Positions 39,564 to 53,159 of a stretch of DNA of 64,000 nucleotides are shown in pieces. Origin of the DNA: Octopus sinensis (Eukaryota); the NCBI RefSeq assembly GCF_006345805.1, contig NC_043000.1, positions 158,038,001 through 158,102,000 of the forward strand, given 5' to 3'. The number at the start of each line of letters is the position of its first letter. Within the stretch, counting starts at the first letter, position 1. The translations under genes and the position numbers were made by a program. Under the pieces are notes generated by a model. It was not told the DNA's origin and ran no database searches. It was given only the letters and a program-made list of their open reading frames with translations.

Positions 39564-39955
39564 TATTCGAGACAAAACCACTATTTTGCAAAACAAACAA
39601 GGAAAGACTTAATCAATACATAAAATTTAATAAATAGTCAAAAAAACCGCCACTACAATCGTTTCTTGTCTTGATCGACAATCTTCAGGTGGACTTCCAA
39701 TAATTCAGTGTCAAATTTGACACTGAATTATTGGAAGTCCACCTGAAGATTGTCGATCAAGACAAGAAACGATTGTAGTGGCGGTTTTTTTGACTATTTA
39801 TTAATTTTATGTATTGATTAAGTCTTTCCTTGTTTGTTTTGCAAAATAGTGGTTTTGTCTCGAATAATATTTTATAATATTTTACTATAAAATCGATTTA
39901 ATCATAAATCTGATTTTTTCCCTGTAAATTTGGATTTATTCCCTAATATTTATTA
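39555..39955. mobile_element. Penelope-like fold-back element: spacer-less ~160-bp-arm palindrome plus 3' tail
   Basis: Centre GTGTCAAA|TTTGACAC at 39715/39716, one indel between arms, a hammerhead motif in each arm, (TA)n flanks. Confidence 0.8.
39739..39781 (+). ncRNA. Minimal type I hammerhead motif (mirror copy 39650-39692, minus)
   Basis: CCAC-CUGAAGA-UUGUC-GAUCAA-GACAA-GAAAC-GAUU-GUA/GUGG. Stems I and II pair perfectly; 10.1-11.1 is U-A instead of the usual G-C. Confidence 0.7.
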
Positions 39956-40005
39956 TATATATATATATATGTATACATGTATATACATATATATATATAT
40001 ATATA

Positions 40006-40437
40006 TACTTTGATACTTTGATACTTTGATAGGTTTCGGCCATTATTGGTCCAGGCCATGTCTAACTTAATAGCACCACCTGGTGAAGTCTTTCAAGTCA
40101 GAATTTGGGCACTATGGCCCACTCAAGTAGAGAGTTATTGTTTACAGAGACATATCCGGGTGTAGGGGGTTTATCCGGGATTTCTTGAAGGAATCTGTCC
40201 AAAGACTTCTTGAACCCTATAGGGTCAGTTTCTCTTTTAATGTGTTTTGGTGTAATGTTAAAGAGAGCGGGGCCAATTGAGGTGAAATAATTGTGCCGTA
40301 TTGTTGTTATGAGATGAGAGTGCGATTTTTGTTTTGGCGGATGGCACGGGGCCCAAGCCTTGGATGTACCTTAAAGGTGATGCCAACATCATTTGGGCAA
40401 TGCTGATGGAATATTTTCCACATCATGCAGATGATGT
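40006..40437 (-). mobile_element. 5'-truncated CR1-clade LINE copy, same family as 60877-64000
   Basis: Near-identical to 60877-61307; (ATCAAAGT)n 8-bp tandem tail on the sense strand. Confidence 0.9.
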
Positions 40438-40859
40438 TATTGAATTATGCTTCACACACGTTGGCCAAAGTGTGTAAATATTGATGATACGCACACACGC
40501 ATGTTTATGTACCGGTTTCTTTGTAAATTTCTAAGCAAGAATTTACTTATGGTTTTAAGTGCCAATCTCCCATTTTCGTTAAATAAAATATGGCGTAAGT
40601 GATGTAAATATGCGAAGGTGGTGTATGTGTGTTGATACCTACAAACATACAGGCGTACATATATATAGTACCGTGTAAAATTTTAGACGACTTTAAACTA
40701 TTGTAAATTTCTACTAATTGCCAACTTATAAGTGGATGTTTCGCATTGCCATTTTTATAGATGAAACACTGGAACTGTTGGAGTCATGTCCATACTTAAT
40801 CATTATATTTTGTAGTAGGGATCTAGAATGACAGAGGAAGATACGAAATGATCACCAAA

Positions 40860-41560
40860 TGAGCAAAAGTTTTCGGTCACCACACATAAACCAATCCATT
40901 TTGAAACGAAAAAATCTCTATAATGAAAATTTATTACATAATGTTCATCCCAAGAAGTTACTGTACGTTACTAATATTTTGTGTGGCTTCCCTTAGCTGG
41001 AATAATTGCTTCAATGCACCTGTGAAGAGATGCGTTCAAATATCTCACCGTCTTCACAAGTATCAGATGCCATTCTCTGTGGCTGACCTCTCATAACTCT
41101 TCAAGATTGGGTGGATTTACTGAAGAACTCTTCTCTTTAGTTCTGACGACATTTGTTCGATGATACTTAAGCCAGGGCCCTGAGCTAGCCAAACTTTTAA
41201 TACGGTAACACCATGCTGTGGCATGGAGCTCCGTCATGCTGAAAAAACTCACCCCCATCCAAGTCTAGTATCAAATTGTCCTTCAGCAACTAGATGTATT
41301 CGGCATTATTCAAGTTATCGTCAATTTTAACCAACCTTCTTGAATCATCAAACTTTCACCCCCAAACTTCACTGTTCCCGTCATGTAACGGATCGTTTCG
41401 CTTTTTACTAAGCAAGAATTTGTCAGAAAACCTCCCGCTATCTCCAGCGGGCGCGTATCCACCACCGAGATTGACCACAAAGAGATCGAATCCATACGGT
41501 CTGATGGTCTCCTGGCTGAAAGATGGTAGGGCTTCACTCCCCTATTTGCATTATATATCG
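40860..41560 (-). mobile_element. Decayed Tc1-like transposase remnant
   Basis: Minus translation FFQHDGAP..W..PGLSIIEQMSSELKRRV resembles FQHDGAPCH..SPDLNPIENLW..LK. Confidence 0.6.
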
Positions 41561-42445
41561 GATGCAGATTGCATCGAATAATTATTCGAGCTGATTATAA
41601 TCAGCTTGAAGAAGCATCGTTTTTGGGTTAAAAAACAAACATCGGCTGGTAGGGGGCAACCATGTTTAAATGGCAATATACATTATTATATACATACATA
41701 TATATGTGTGTTTGTGTGTGTGTCTGTGTGTGTCTGTGTGTGTGCGTGCGTATTTCTGTGTAGACACACACATGCACACACAAATGTACAAGAATACACA
41801 CATATAGTGAAAAGTTCAGAACAAATTTTCACGTGGTTAGTTGTAGTAAAAAATGAGATAGTTTATACATTAGAACTGGACGGACTCGTGTGTGTGTATT
41901 CGGGTCAGTTGGACATAATTACGATGCGTGGATTAAACACCTTAATGTTGATAAACATAACACTGAATGTTTATTCCAACTGTATAGCATCGAGTGAAGT
42001 TGCAAAATATGATAGAGAGGTCGTAAAGATGATAAAAGATTATGGCGTCGTGTGACGTCGAAAGCGTAGTATACATAAACATTGGTAGTGTCTCAATCCT
42101 GCCTGCTACACACGATCACTTGCATAGAAAACACATGGCGCATAGTTGCCTCCATGCAGATATAATTAAATATCTGTGTGCGTGTGAGTAGACTATACAA
42201 CTGTTTAAGATGTTAGATAAACTTGAAATTGGCAAGGAGTCACTGGGGGAGGTAAAATAAGAGTACATTTGCATAACCAAATATATTATGTGCATTTTCC
42301 GTGCGTATGTGTGTGTGTGTGTGTGTGCATGTCTTTTGTGTGTATGTATATGTTAAAAGATTACTATATATGCCTATACATATTTGTGTGTGTGTGTGCG
42401 TGTGTGTGTGTGTGTGTAGTATGTCCCTTACACGCATAACATCTT

Positions 42446-42860
42446 ATATTTCTTTACTGCCCACAAGAGGCTAAACACAGAGGGGACAAACAAGGACAGA
42501 CAAACGGATTACGTCGGTTACATCGCCCCCAGTGCGTAACTGGTACTTAATCTATCGACCCCGAAAGGATGAAAGGCAAAGTCGACCTCGGCGGAATTTG
42601 AACTCAGAACGTAACGGCAGACGAAATACCTATTTCTTTACTATCCACAAGGGGCTAAACACAGAGAGGACAAACAAGGACAGACAAATGATTTAAGTCG
42701 ATTATATCAACTCCAGTGCGTAACTGGTACTTATTTAATCGACCCCGAAAGGATGAAAGGCAAAGTCGACCTCGGCGGAATTTGAACTCAGAACGTAACG
42801 GCAGACGAAATACGGCTGCGCGTTTCGCCTGGCGTGCTAACGTTTCTGCCAGCTCGGCGC
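42446..42860 (-). mobile_element. SINE group B, head plus two tandem units
   Basis: Two ~180-bp units followed (on the plus strand) by a single head. Confidence 0.8.
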
Positions 42861-43120
42861 CTTCCACATATACCATCTTATGCAGCGGGTATCATAAACA
42901 CACGCACAGCTATATTTGTTTTGTTCTTTAATTGTCTGAAAGCTCCTTTGTTGGAACGTGAGACAAGCAATGTCAGAAAAGTCTAGTATATTTTTCCTGC
43001 TCTACCTGTTACTTGTATTTGTATTAATCACATTAGATGGTCGATTCCATTTTCTGAAAGTCTAATTTATTCAGATTTTCAATTGAAACACAGTGCAGCA
43101 GTTATTATTGGTATAAAAAG

Positions 43121-43507
43121 TGGAGGCGCAATGGCCCAGTGGTTAGGGCAGCGGACTCGCGGTCATAGGATCGCGGTTTCGATTCCCAGACCGGGCGTTG
43201 TGAGTGTTTATTGAGCGAAAACATTTAAAAGCTCCACGAAGCTCCGGCAGGGGATGGTGGTGATCCCTGTTGTACTCTTTCACCACAACTTTCTCTCACT
43301 CTTACTTCCTGTTTCTGTTGTACCTGTATTTCAAAGGGCCGGCCTTGTCACTCTCTGTGTCACGCTGAATATCCCCGAGAACTGCGTTAAGGATACACGT
43401 GTCTGTGGAGTGCTCAGCCACTTACACGTTAATTTCACGAGCAGGCTGTTCCGTTAATTCGGATCAACCGGAACCCTCGTCGTCGTAACCGACGGAGTGC
43501 TTCCACG
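43121..43507 (+). mobile_element. tRNA-derived SINE (group C variant) with 11-bp TSD
   Basis: Head GGAGGCGCAATGGCCCAGTGGTTAGGG..GGTTTCGATTCCC; ATTGGTATAAA at 43107-43117 and 43508-43518; 3' half shared with 12170-12493. Confidence 0.85.
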
Positions 43508-44089
43508 ATTGGTATAAATGATAATTCATAATTGATGTCGCTGTTGTAGGTTTCGAATCTGATTTCCGTAGTTATCATAGTTTCTCATTGATTTTTGAAG
43601 AAATCTTCACATCAGAAGCGAAGCTGACCTCTATGTTTGGACATACTTCTTCTTGTCTGTCTCAAACAACTATATCCGTCACGTCCTGTTTGCATTCGGT
43701 AGAAATTTTGATGGGAATATTACAATATACCTTTTGTTAATGTTAATGTATGTATTCATTAATAGGTAAACTAACTGTTTTTCTTCCATGACAATCGATA
43801 TTTTGCTTGACATTGTATATTGTCTTAGCGATACAGTCATGTTGCATTAGTAGGTAGGGTCGTTTGGCCATCTGCTGATCACATGTGTGATGTCTTTCAC
43901 AGAAACGAAAATAATCGACAATTTCGGTTGCATTTTGGGGTCCCATACTCATCATTTTCCTAGTTTTATAAGGTACTTTATAGGAATATCCTGCTCTTGG
44001 ATTGGAACTTCTTGGCCTCTAGCTGTCAAGAGTAGGAAAAAAAAAAAAACGTTTGCAGCTCCTATCGATACCAGTGTCATCTAAGAGTC

Positions 44090-44720
44090 TTCGATAATAT
44101 AACCATACGTAGTCATGCTTTTGGTATGCCAAGCTCTTCACATAAACATTTTCGTTGACATATGCTAGTCTAGCATTTTGGGAGCAGTATGAGAGTTTGT
44201 CGGGAAGGGAGCATTTATGAACGAGTTCACAGTCACTATGTCGGGTGTTGTTCTCCTTGATTTACAGCACTCGGTTTATAAATATATTTTTGTTTGTTGC
44301 TTAGTTAAGTTTTTGTCTGAGAGATACACGTCATTACACAGGTTCTCTTCATCGACGTAAATCTTGTATCTCCATATCTTGTTTGGTAGAGCTTCTATAG
44401 AAGTCTGCAGTTGATGTTATAGTGTTTTTATTTTATATGTATGGAGGTAAATTCTACAGACCAGTTAAGTATCCCAAATACTCTTATCAGCACAGGTAAT
44501 GAAAAAGCATTTTGGGATACTGACATGTATGTGAAGACCTCTGTTTCTTGAAGTCTGGTGTGATATTCTTGGTTCATCCCATTTTACTAGCACTTTCGTA
44601 TTTTAATTAATGCATATTTTTTAGTATTCTTTGTATGGGACAGTAGGGATGAAGAGACTGTTGATGTAAAGTTTTGGCACTAGGGGTCTGATTTTCCACG
44701 TCCATGACCGAATCTAACAC
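44090..44720 (-). mobile_element. Decayed R4/Dong-like LINE remnant
   Basis: Minus translation FSLPVLIRVFGILNWSVE parallels VLIPTFGALHWSVE at 53.5 kb. Confidence 0.45.
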
Positions 44721-45110
44721 GGAAACTTGTGGCTAAATTCCGTTCTTATTACAGCGGAAATTGTTGAAACAAACTACTCTGGGTTTCAGCGTTGCAAATT
44801 GTTTTAGAATAGATCTTCAGGTCTACAACAAGGCTCTAGATTATATACATTGGAACTTTGTAAAAAATAAACCATAAAAGAATTTAATGCTAAAATAAAT
44901 AGAATTACAAAAAAGATTATTTTCTTGGATTATTTAGTTTCAAATATTTATAATATCGGAAATGACTGTTCCGTTCTCAGTTGTAAGAGTAAGTTTTAGA
45001 GCGTAAGTCTTTGCGTGTCTCGATGTCAGTGGCTAATGTAGCAGATACCTTTGCCAATTGCAAGACTTTAACTACTTTCAATAAGGAATAGATTCAAAAG
45101 ATTTCTTACA

Positions 45111-45278
45111 TAGGTGCAGGAGTAGCTGTATGGTAAGAAGCTTGCTTCCCAACCACACGGTTCCGGGTTCAGTCTCACTGCGTGGCATCTTGGGCAAGTG
45201 TCTTCTACTATAGCCTCTGGCCAACCAAAGCCTTGTGCGTGGATTTGGTACAAGGAAACTGAAATAAGCGCGTCGAAT

Positions 45279-45355
<77 letters not shown>

Positions 45356-45636
45356 GTATATGTATGCATGTATGTATGCATGTATGCACGTATGCATATA
45401 TGTATGTATGTATGTATGTATGTATATATGTATGTATATGTTTGTTTGTGTCTGTGTTTGTCCCCCCACCATCGCTTGACAACCGATGCTGGTGTATTTA
45501 CTTAGAGGTACAGCAAAAGGAGACCGATATAATAAGTACCAGGTTTACAGAAAATAAGTCCTGGGGTCGATTTATTCGACTAATAGTGTTGCTCCAGCAC
45601 AACCGCAGTCAAATGACAGAAACAAGCAAAAAAGTA
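45111..45636 (+). mobile_element. SINE group A with expanded internal microsatellite
   Basis: Head TAGGTGCAGGAGTAGCTGTATGGTAAGAAGCTTGCTTCCCAACC; internal (TA)/(TATG) tract ~150 bp. Confidence 0.85.
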
Positions 45637-47628
45637 TCAAGTCGTACAGTTTCTGCAATATTTTCTAACTTCGGAGAGAATAGTTTTGTCGGTCAGAAAT
45701 TGTTCCTCACATCCCCATACTCCCATCATTCCACTTGCCTTCTCGTCAGTCATATTGTAATTGGACTCACAATTATGTTAGAGGAATTGATTGTGACAGT
45801 TTGTGAAAAGCTTGTGTGTAACGGTTAGGCAAATAATCTGCTTATAATTTTCTAACTCTTGAGAGGATCGTTTCTTAACAGTAATGATTTTCTTCCTTAT
45901 CTCTTAATATAATGCCTCTGGACTGGAAGCCAACATATAATTGTTAATGGTTCAATTGAATATCTTTTGTTCAATAAAGAAGCCTTACACACAGACTCTT
46001 GAGTTGTAGATTTAAAGTAATTAGATTTTCCCCCAAGAGTGAACAGGATTTGTTCTTCTTTGCATGAGTTTTAATTGGTGAGGTATGAAATCATTATTTT
46101 CCTTATCATGGTTATCCATCCATTATGGTGGTGCAGGTTGTTGATATCTTATTGGAGTTTTGCTTTCTAATGGGTGGCTTCCGTTCAGTAATTTTAGTAG
46201 CATGGGAACTGCTGGTTTCTCCTAGGTTTTCTTTAATAGCAATAACATCTGTGTATAGAAAGGCGTTAATTGTCAATTAACGTCAGATTATTGCATGTGC
46301 TCTGCAGCTATATCGTAGATAATTCTTAATTTCAGAACACTTGGCCTTTTTTAATCTTATGAACTATCATTTCAAAATAAGCATAACTTGAATATATAGT
46401 CCTCTCTTGCTTTCTCTCCTACTCACCCACTCGCTCTCTCTCACTGTCTCTTGTTTGCACTCTCGTATTGTCTAAATTTTGATACATTCGAGTGTTTAGT
46501 GATTCCCTTCGATTCTCAGTATTTAACGAAGATCGATTAGCATCATAAAAGCTGGAATAACAAATGCTATATGTAATAGCCATTTTCTTTCTGCAACGGA
46601 TGATGTTTGTTGCTGAAAATTATTTTGAGGTAAAATAGGTTAATTTCGAGTGAACATCGTCTCAGTATCCCCTTACCTACTTCACATAGTCGATAGAAGC
46701 GTAGCCTCCGGATTTTTCATAACACCGAATATGTTGGTTTAAATGCAAAGATCAAGCGAAGTGAGGAGAGTGCATACGTCTTTTTCGAAGACTTATAGAT
46801 GTAGTTGTACTCTTGGCGTTTATGTGGTGTGTTGGGGCTGTTGATATATTTATCAAGCATAATTGTAAAAACAATATTCCACGTGGTGCATGGTATATTT
46901 TATTATCCGGTCTGAATAACGCCAAATTTCTAAGTAAAAGTAGTTTCTTTTATTTCTAAAAGAAGAAATAAACCAGTTACTAATTTAGAATAAAGGACTC
47001 TAGTTGTTTAGAAAAATGTTCGAAAAGGCATTTTTAAAATTCCTCCACGTGTAAGCGTTACATGTTGACCGTAGCATGTATGCATGTATGCATGTGTGTA
47101 CTTTGCATATGTGCATGTACCCTGTATGCATTGCTTTTTAGGTGCATTTGTTTCGAAATTTTGTAAGTGCTCTCTGGATCCCCATTTCCTGTATACAATT
47201 CGAATTGTTTTGTACGCATGTATATCGGATTCAAAACTGTATGCATGTTTTGAACTTGAACGTCGATATTTCCTTTAAAAAGTTTAGCGTGATTGTACTA
47301 TAACGAGGAAAAAGCATCTACATGATTAAGACGGATTACCTTTCCTTGAAAAGCATTGTGTCCGCAGTAAGATCTGGTCACTATTTATCACTTCGTTATT
47401 GGAAGATTCTTGTGTGTATCCTACTTAAGTAAGCCACCGTGGAATTTGAGTTCAGAAATAAGTAACCGGAATAATATCGCAAATCAAACATTCCAAAGAT
47501 CTTTTAGTTCCCAAATTTACAACTTTAGATAAATTTCTTTCTATGGAATACAAATTTGAAAGTTACCTTCGTTGGTGTCAAGCAAGATTACTTTTGGTAT
47601 CCAAGAGCAGGACGTGAACAAAGTTTTT

Positions 47629-48413
47629 TATTTCTTTATTGTCCACAAGGGGCTAAACACAGAGAGGACAAACAAGGACAGACAAAATGATTAAATCGAT
47701 TAAATCGACCCCAGTGCGTAACTGATACTTAATTTATTGACCCCGAAAGAATGAAAGGCAAAGTCGACCTCGGCGGAATTTGAACCCAGAACGTAACGGC
47801 AGACGAAATACCTATTTCTTTACTACCCATAAGGGGCTAAACACAGAGAGAACAAACAAGGACAGACAAATGATTTAAGTCGATTATATCAACTCCAGTG
47901 TGTAACTGGTACTTATTTAATCGATCCCGAAAGGATGAAAGGCAAAGTCGACCTCGGCGGAATTTGAACTCAGAACGTAACGGCAGACGAAATAAATACC
48001 TATTTCTTTATTACCCATAAGGGGCTAAACACAGAGAGGACAAACAAGGACAGACAAATGATTTAAGTCGATTATATTAACTCCAGTGAGTAACTGGTAC
48101 TTAATTTATCAACCCCGAAAGAATGAAAGGCAAAGTCGACCTCGGCAGAATTTGAACTCAGAACGTAACGGCAGACGAAATACCTATTTCTTTAATACCC
48201 ACAAGGGGCTAAACACAGAGGGGACAAACAAGGACATAGATAGGTATTAAGTCGATTACATCGACCCCAGTGCGTAACTGGCACTTAATTTATCGACCCC
48301 GAAAGGATGAAAGGCAAAGTCGACCTCGGCGGTATTTGAACTCAGAACGTAACGGCAGACGAAATACGGCTACGCATATCGCCCGGCGTGCTAACGTTTC
48401 TGCCAGCTCGCCG
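47629..48413 (-). mobile_element. SINE group B, head plus four tandem units
   Basis: Four ~183-bp units and one head at ~48364-48413. Confidence 0.85.
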
Positions 48414-49184
48414 TCTTTCACACAGTTTCTATAAAGCAAATTTCAAACACAACGCTTTGGTCGGCCTAAATTTACAGCAGAAAGTGGTTGATTGCGTAGG
48501 TTAACGCACATTAATGTCGAATTCGAAACCACATAGTTATGAAGAGATTTCAGGTATATTCCGCATATGAAGCTTGTTGATAAGAAAGATATTGGTCATT
48601 GTGTGTTTACCAATGATAATTATGAAATGATGCTGGTTTTCCGCAGCTCTATCTTCTAAAAACCAGGTAATTTAAGCCAAATAATACTGACAACTGTATT
48701 CCTTTGTTTATACAATCAGGATTTAATATTGGTTATGTGACACTTGAACTGACACAACCACAAGTGTCATAACAATAGATGTAGCAGCAACAGCAGCAGT
48801 AGCAGCAGCAGCCGGAGCCATAACTGTAACGACAGGAACAGTAGGAGAAGTAAGAGATAACAATGATATCTAAAACAATATCACGACATTAATTCCAGCT
48901 GTAAAAACAATACTGACGTCATTTTCAAAGTAGATAACTGCAATAAAAGCAACAACAAAAGCAATAATCTCTAAGGTGAGATCGGCAGCAGATGCAAAGG
49001 TTGTATGGTCAGCGGTGTCACCATTTTGAGAGTTGTAATATTTGTCGTCGTTATCATTAGCAACAATACTATCGTTAATACAACCAATAATATCCTTACT
49101 AATAAAAATCACTAATTCACCACCGCCAATACCTCCACACACACACACATAGCTGCCATCAACTCTACTTCTATCACTACCAGC

Positions 49185-49241
49185 AGCAGCAGCAGAGGCA
49201 GTAGCAGCGGCACCACTACCATCACCACCACCACCACCAAC

Positions 49242-49273
<32 letters not shown>

Positions 49274-49509
49274 CAGCAATAACAACAACACCACCACAAT
49301 CATCATCATACTTTGCACCCAAAATAATAGCAACATAAACGAGAGTTATTAGTGTTGTTGTTCTACTACTACTACTACTACCACCACCACCACCACAACC
49401 ACCACCACCACCGCCGCCGCCGCTGCTGCCGCTACCGCCACCACCACTAACGCCGCCGCCGCCGCCGCTGCCGCTACCACCACCACCACCGCCACAAACA
49501 CCACTGCTG

Positions 49510-49545
<36 letters not shown>

Positions 49546-49712
49546 TTATTACTACTACTAGCATCAGCAGAAGCAGCAACAACAGTAGTAATTGTATTAG
49601 TATTAGTAGCACTAGTAATAGTAGTAGTAGTAGCAGTAGTAGCAGTTGTAGCAGTTGTAGTATTATTATTAGTATTAAAAGTAGTAGTAGTAATTGTCGT
49701 AGTAGTAGTATA
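49185..49712. repeat. Compound trinucleotide tract (CAC/CAA/CTA/GCC, then GTA)
   Basis: Seen directly. Confidence 0.9.
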
Positions 49713-50090
49713 TGTTTGCCACAGTAATTGTATCTACAGCTATTCTAAATTGTTATACCAAATGGACAACTAGTAGAACCAATTGGGCAATGACTAGCGT
49801 AACGGCATGACCTTTCCGTTGCATCAGACACTATTGTGACTTTACAGAATTTAGTTTCAAGTTCAGAAGAAGGATTATGCAGTCTTTGAATTTGTTAGTA
49901 TTTGATGATAAGATCAAGTGAAGATTATTACGCGCGATACAGTCGTCTGCAGAAAGACAAGCGAAATGGACATCCGGACTGCATTTCTAGTCTGTAATTT
50001 TGTCGTTTGTCTTTGGCGTTTACGGAGAAAGGATTTGGATTTGTTCAAATAGAGCTGAGTGATACAAAACACAGACATCAACAACAGTAG

Positions 50091-50400
50091 TGGAGGCTCA
50101 ATGGCCCAGTGGTTAGAGCAGCAGACACGCAGTCGGAGGATCGGGGTTTCGATTCCCAGACCGGGCGTTGTGTGTTTTTATTGAGCAAAAACACCTAAAG
50201 CTCCACGAGGCTCCGGCATTGTCGACCCCTGTTGTACTCTTTCGCCCCAACTTTCTCTCACTTTTTCTTCCTGTTTCTTGTCCCCGACTTCCTACACAAC
50301 CGCTGAGCCTGGATGCACATTCAACCATCCGTCGATGCTCTCTGTGTCGGGGGTTGACCTGCTTTCTCTTCTGCGGGTCTTACGAATAGCAAAAAATCAC
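50091..50400 (+). mobile_element. tRNA-derived SINE sharing its head with 43121 but with a different 3' half
   Basis: 50091-50280 aligns with 43121-43320; the downstream sequence is unrelated to the 43.3-43.5 kb tail. Confidence 0.75.
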
Positions 50401-51759
50401 GATTCGGACTGCTCCCACTGCGCGCTCTTAGACGAAGACCGCTTCGCTCAACAGCAACAGCACCAGCACCGCTCAACAGCAACAGTAACATCAATATAAC
50501 AACAATAACAAGTGCTGCGACTACATGAGATTACAGGACTTGTTTAAAGCAGCAATGTCTATCTCATTTCACACCATTCCATATTTAGAAGCAAGGATAC
50601 ATGACATAATTGCCGTTAGAGAGTATGAATAAGTTTCAGGATTCTCAAAGTTGTACTGAAGGAGTAAACATTAACGACAGCAACAACCTCAGTCAATAAG
50701 GAAATATTTATGTAGTACACACAACAGTAAAATCTCGCTACCCTGATGCAATCATAAGTAGTGAATGGATATTTTCAGTAATTAGAGGAAGGCAACACAA
50801 AAATTTCCGGATATCGTTGTAGAAAAGCCATTGATGATAGGTTTCTTCCGCTAAAGTTGAACAGCGCATAAAAAAAAGGAGACAACACACCATTTTAAAG
50901 CAGGCAAAAAAAAAATCAATACAAACCTAAGTGGCATTAACAACTGAAACTGTAAGCACAGTAGTTGCAGATATCTGTGGACAATCGAATTACAGCAATG
51001 CTTTCGCCTCACATATCTGGACTGAAATAAAGTTTCAGTCAGAATTTACTCATTGCTAACATGATTGACGTGGGTTGTACGGAAACATAATGCAAAACTG
51101 TGTATGACTTTCTTGTTATTAAACAACACGTCTCTCAAATTGCATATGCTTGTAGAGCAAATCGTCCTTAGCAGTTACTCATTTTCCTGTTCTTCCTGCT
51201 GCAGGTTCCAGGCAGAAGCAACCTGCCGACTCCGAGTTTTGGACGAAATAGTACTGTTAATTGTCCGACAAGCGCAGATGGCTACAAGTTGTTTACTGTT
51301 TGCATCATTGACAAAGGCAATAAACATAGATAGATTCAGAAGTTTAAAGGAAAACTAGCATTGAAGACAAACTACAGTTTTGGGGGCCATTAACTGCGCC
51401 TAGTAAGTGGATGAATTGTTTCATGCGGACAAATTCATTTCATTTCATGAGTTTACCTTAGGCTCGAACTGTGATCGCAATGCATTTTAGAAGCTGGTTG
51501 AAGATATCAGCTTGATGGAGAAAAGGTAGACATCTGCTGTGGTCTTTTAGAATTGTTTGAAGTCAATGGGGATAACATTTTCCGATATGATAACTGAAGA
51601 TAAAACATGGGCGTCTATTTGAGATTTGGAAACGAAACCTAAGACCGTCGATGGCAGCATATCCCTTGCCAAATGCTTAAGAAGCTCAAGAACTAGCAGG
51701 AAGATATGTTGACTGATTTGGAGTGACACAGTCGGTAATTTTTGAAACGTGGACGTATC

Positions 51760-52200
51760 GTGAATAGAGAATGGTTCTAAAAAATATGGTTACTGATAAA
51801 GGAATTAGAAAAGGCATTAAGTGGATAACATTGAAAAAGTATCTGATTATGATCTTCATTCACCATGAGAAGACGTGGCCAAAGACTTCTTTGGCAACAA
51901 ATCAGGCAATCCACCGAATTGGAATACCCACACACTGTACCGCCTAGATTTAACACCCATAGAGTTGGACCTGCTTGGTCGGTCCAAATATGGAGACTAT
52001 TTTATGATACGAATTTATTACTACAGACGAAGTAAAAATACCTGTGAAGAAGTGCAATAACGCACACCTGATTTTTTCTAAGGGGCAGCCGACAGTTGAT
52101 GGCACACATTGATCGCACGTGATAAAATCTATGTTGATGAGGGCCTTTGTAGAGAGGAGGAGTAATTCTGCCAAAATGTGCATTTTGAGTATAGCACATC
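51760..52200 (+). mobile_element. Very decayed mariner-like transposase remnant
   Basis: WNTHTLYRLDLTPIELDLLGRSK resembles W....PYSPDLAPSDFHLFG.LK. Confidence 0.45.
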
Positions 52201-53159
52201 AGTTAATAAAAGGTTATGCCCAGATTTGCATTATTTTCGCTAGAATGTCGTATGATATAATATGTGGCATGTATGAAAGGTATTGAAAATATTTTAGAAT
52301 ACTAAGTTACAACTTATTGCTTAGTAAAATCGATATTGAATAAAAATAAACGCACAAACAAATTGATATGTAGTCATACATATACATAAACTGATAAACT
52401 CAAGCAAAACTTGTATGTATGTAATCATATTTTGTATTGCTAACCTTTTGCGTAAACTAAAAAAAAATATCTGTCTATAAAGTTCTATTACACAAAGTAC
52501 CTTACTTCTCCCCCACACAAACACCCACATGCTGACCTACACACACAAATATTGTTATTCTTGTTATTTAATTGTATTTCGGTTCATTGCCGTAATACAC
52601 ATCGAACCTTCTTTGGAAATTTGTTGTAATATATTAGTATACCAAGAAAAAAGCATTCACTTAGACCCTTATTCCACTTTACTCTGAGCTGTTAGTGGTC
52701 TATTATGTTATTGAACACAGAACTGGGAGAAATAAAACACAATATTCTATCCGACACTTTGCCTGATTTAACCAATTCATTACCCATTGAAGCAGAGCAC
52801 ATTGATGAAGTTAGTAAGTAATGTTTATGTGTTCAAGACACATTATGTCTGAATTCGTCGGTCATTGCCTTCAGCTCCTGAATTGATAGCAATCTGTGAC
52901 TGTAAACTCGCTCAATGAAAGCTATACAAATGATTTATCAAAAATAAGTTAGTGTGAATGATTCGTTCTTTAAATGTAAAATTTCTAATGTGCCTACATG
53001 CGAAATGCATATGTGAATTCTATTGTTACTACGTAAACACAGGTCAACGCTCATCTAACACATCTTTGATAATTCCAGCCGTGACTTTGGCAAAAATATT
53101 TGAAAAATGTACATTATTTAACGTGTCCTGTAAGTGTAAATCTCTAATCCGGATATAGA

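Noticed and set aside
49840-49960. Strong minus-strand acceptor TTTCGCTTGTCTTTCTGCAG
   Set aside because: No convincing donor or recognisable reading frame follows.
51160-51360. GC-richer island and 97-aa ORF as a host exon
   Set aside because: No homology or consistent splice pair identified.
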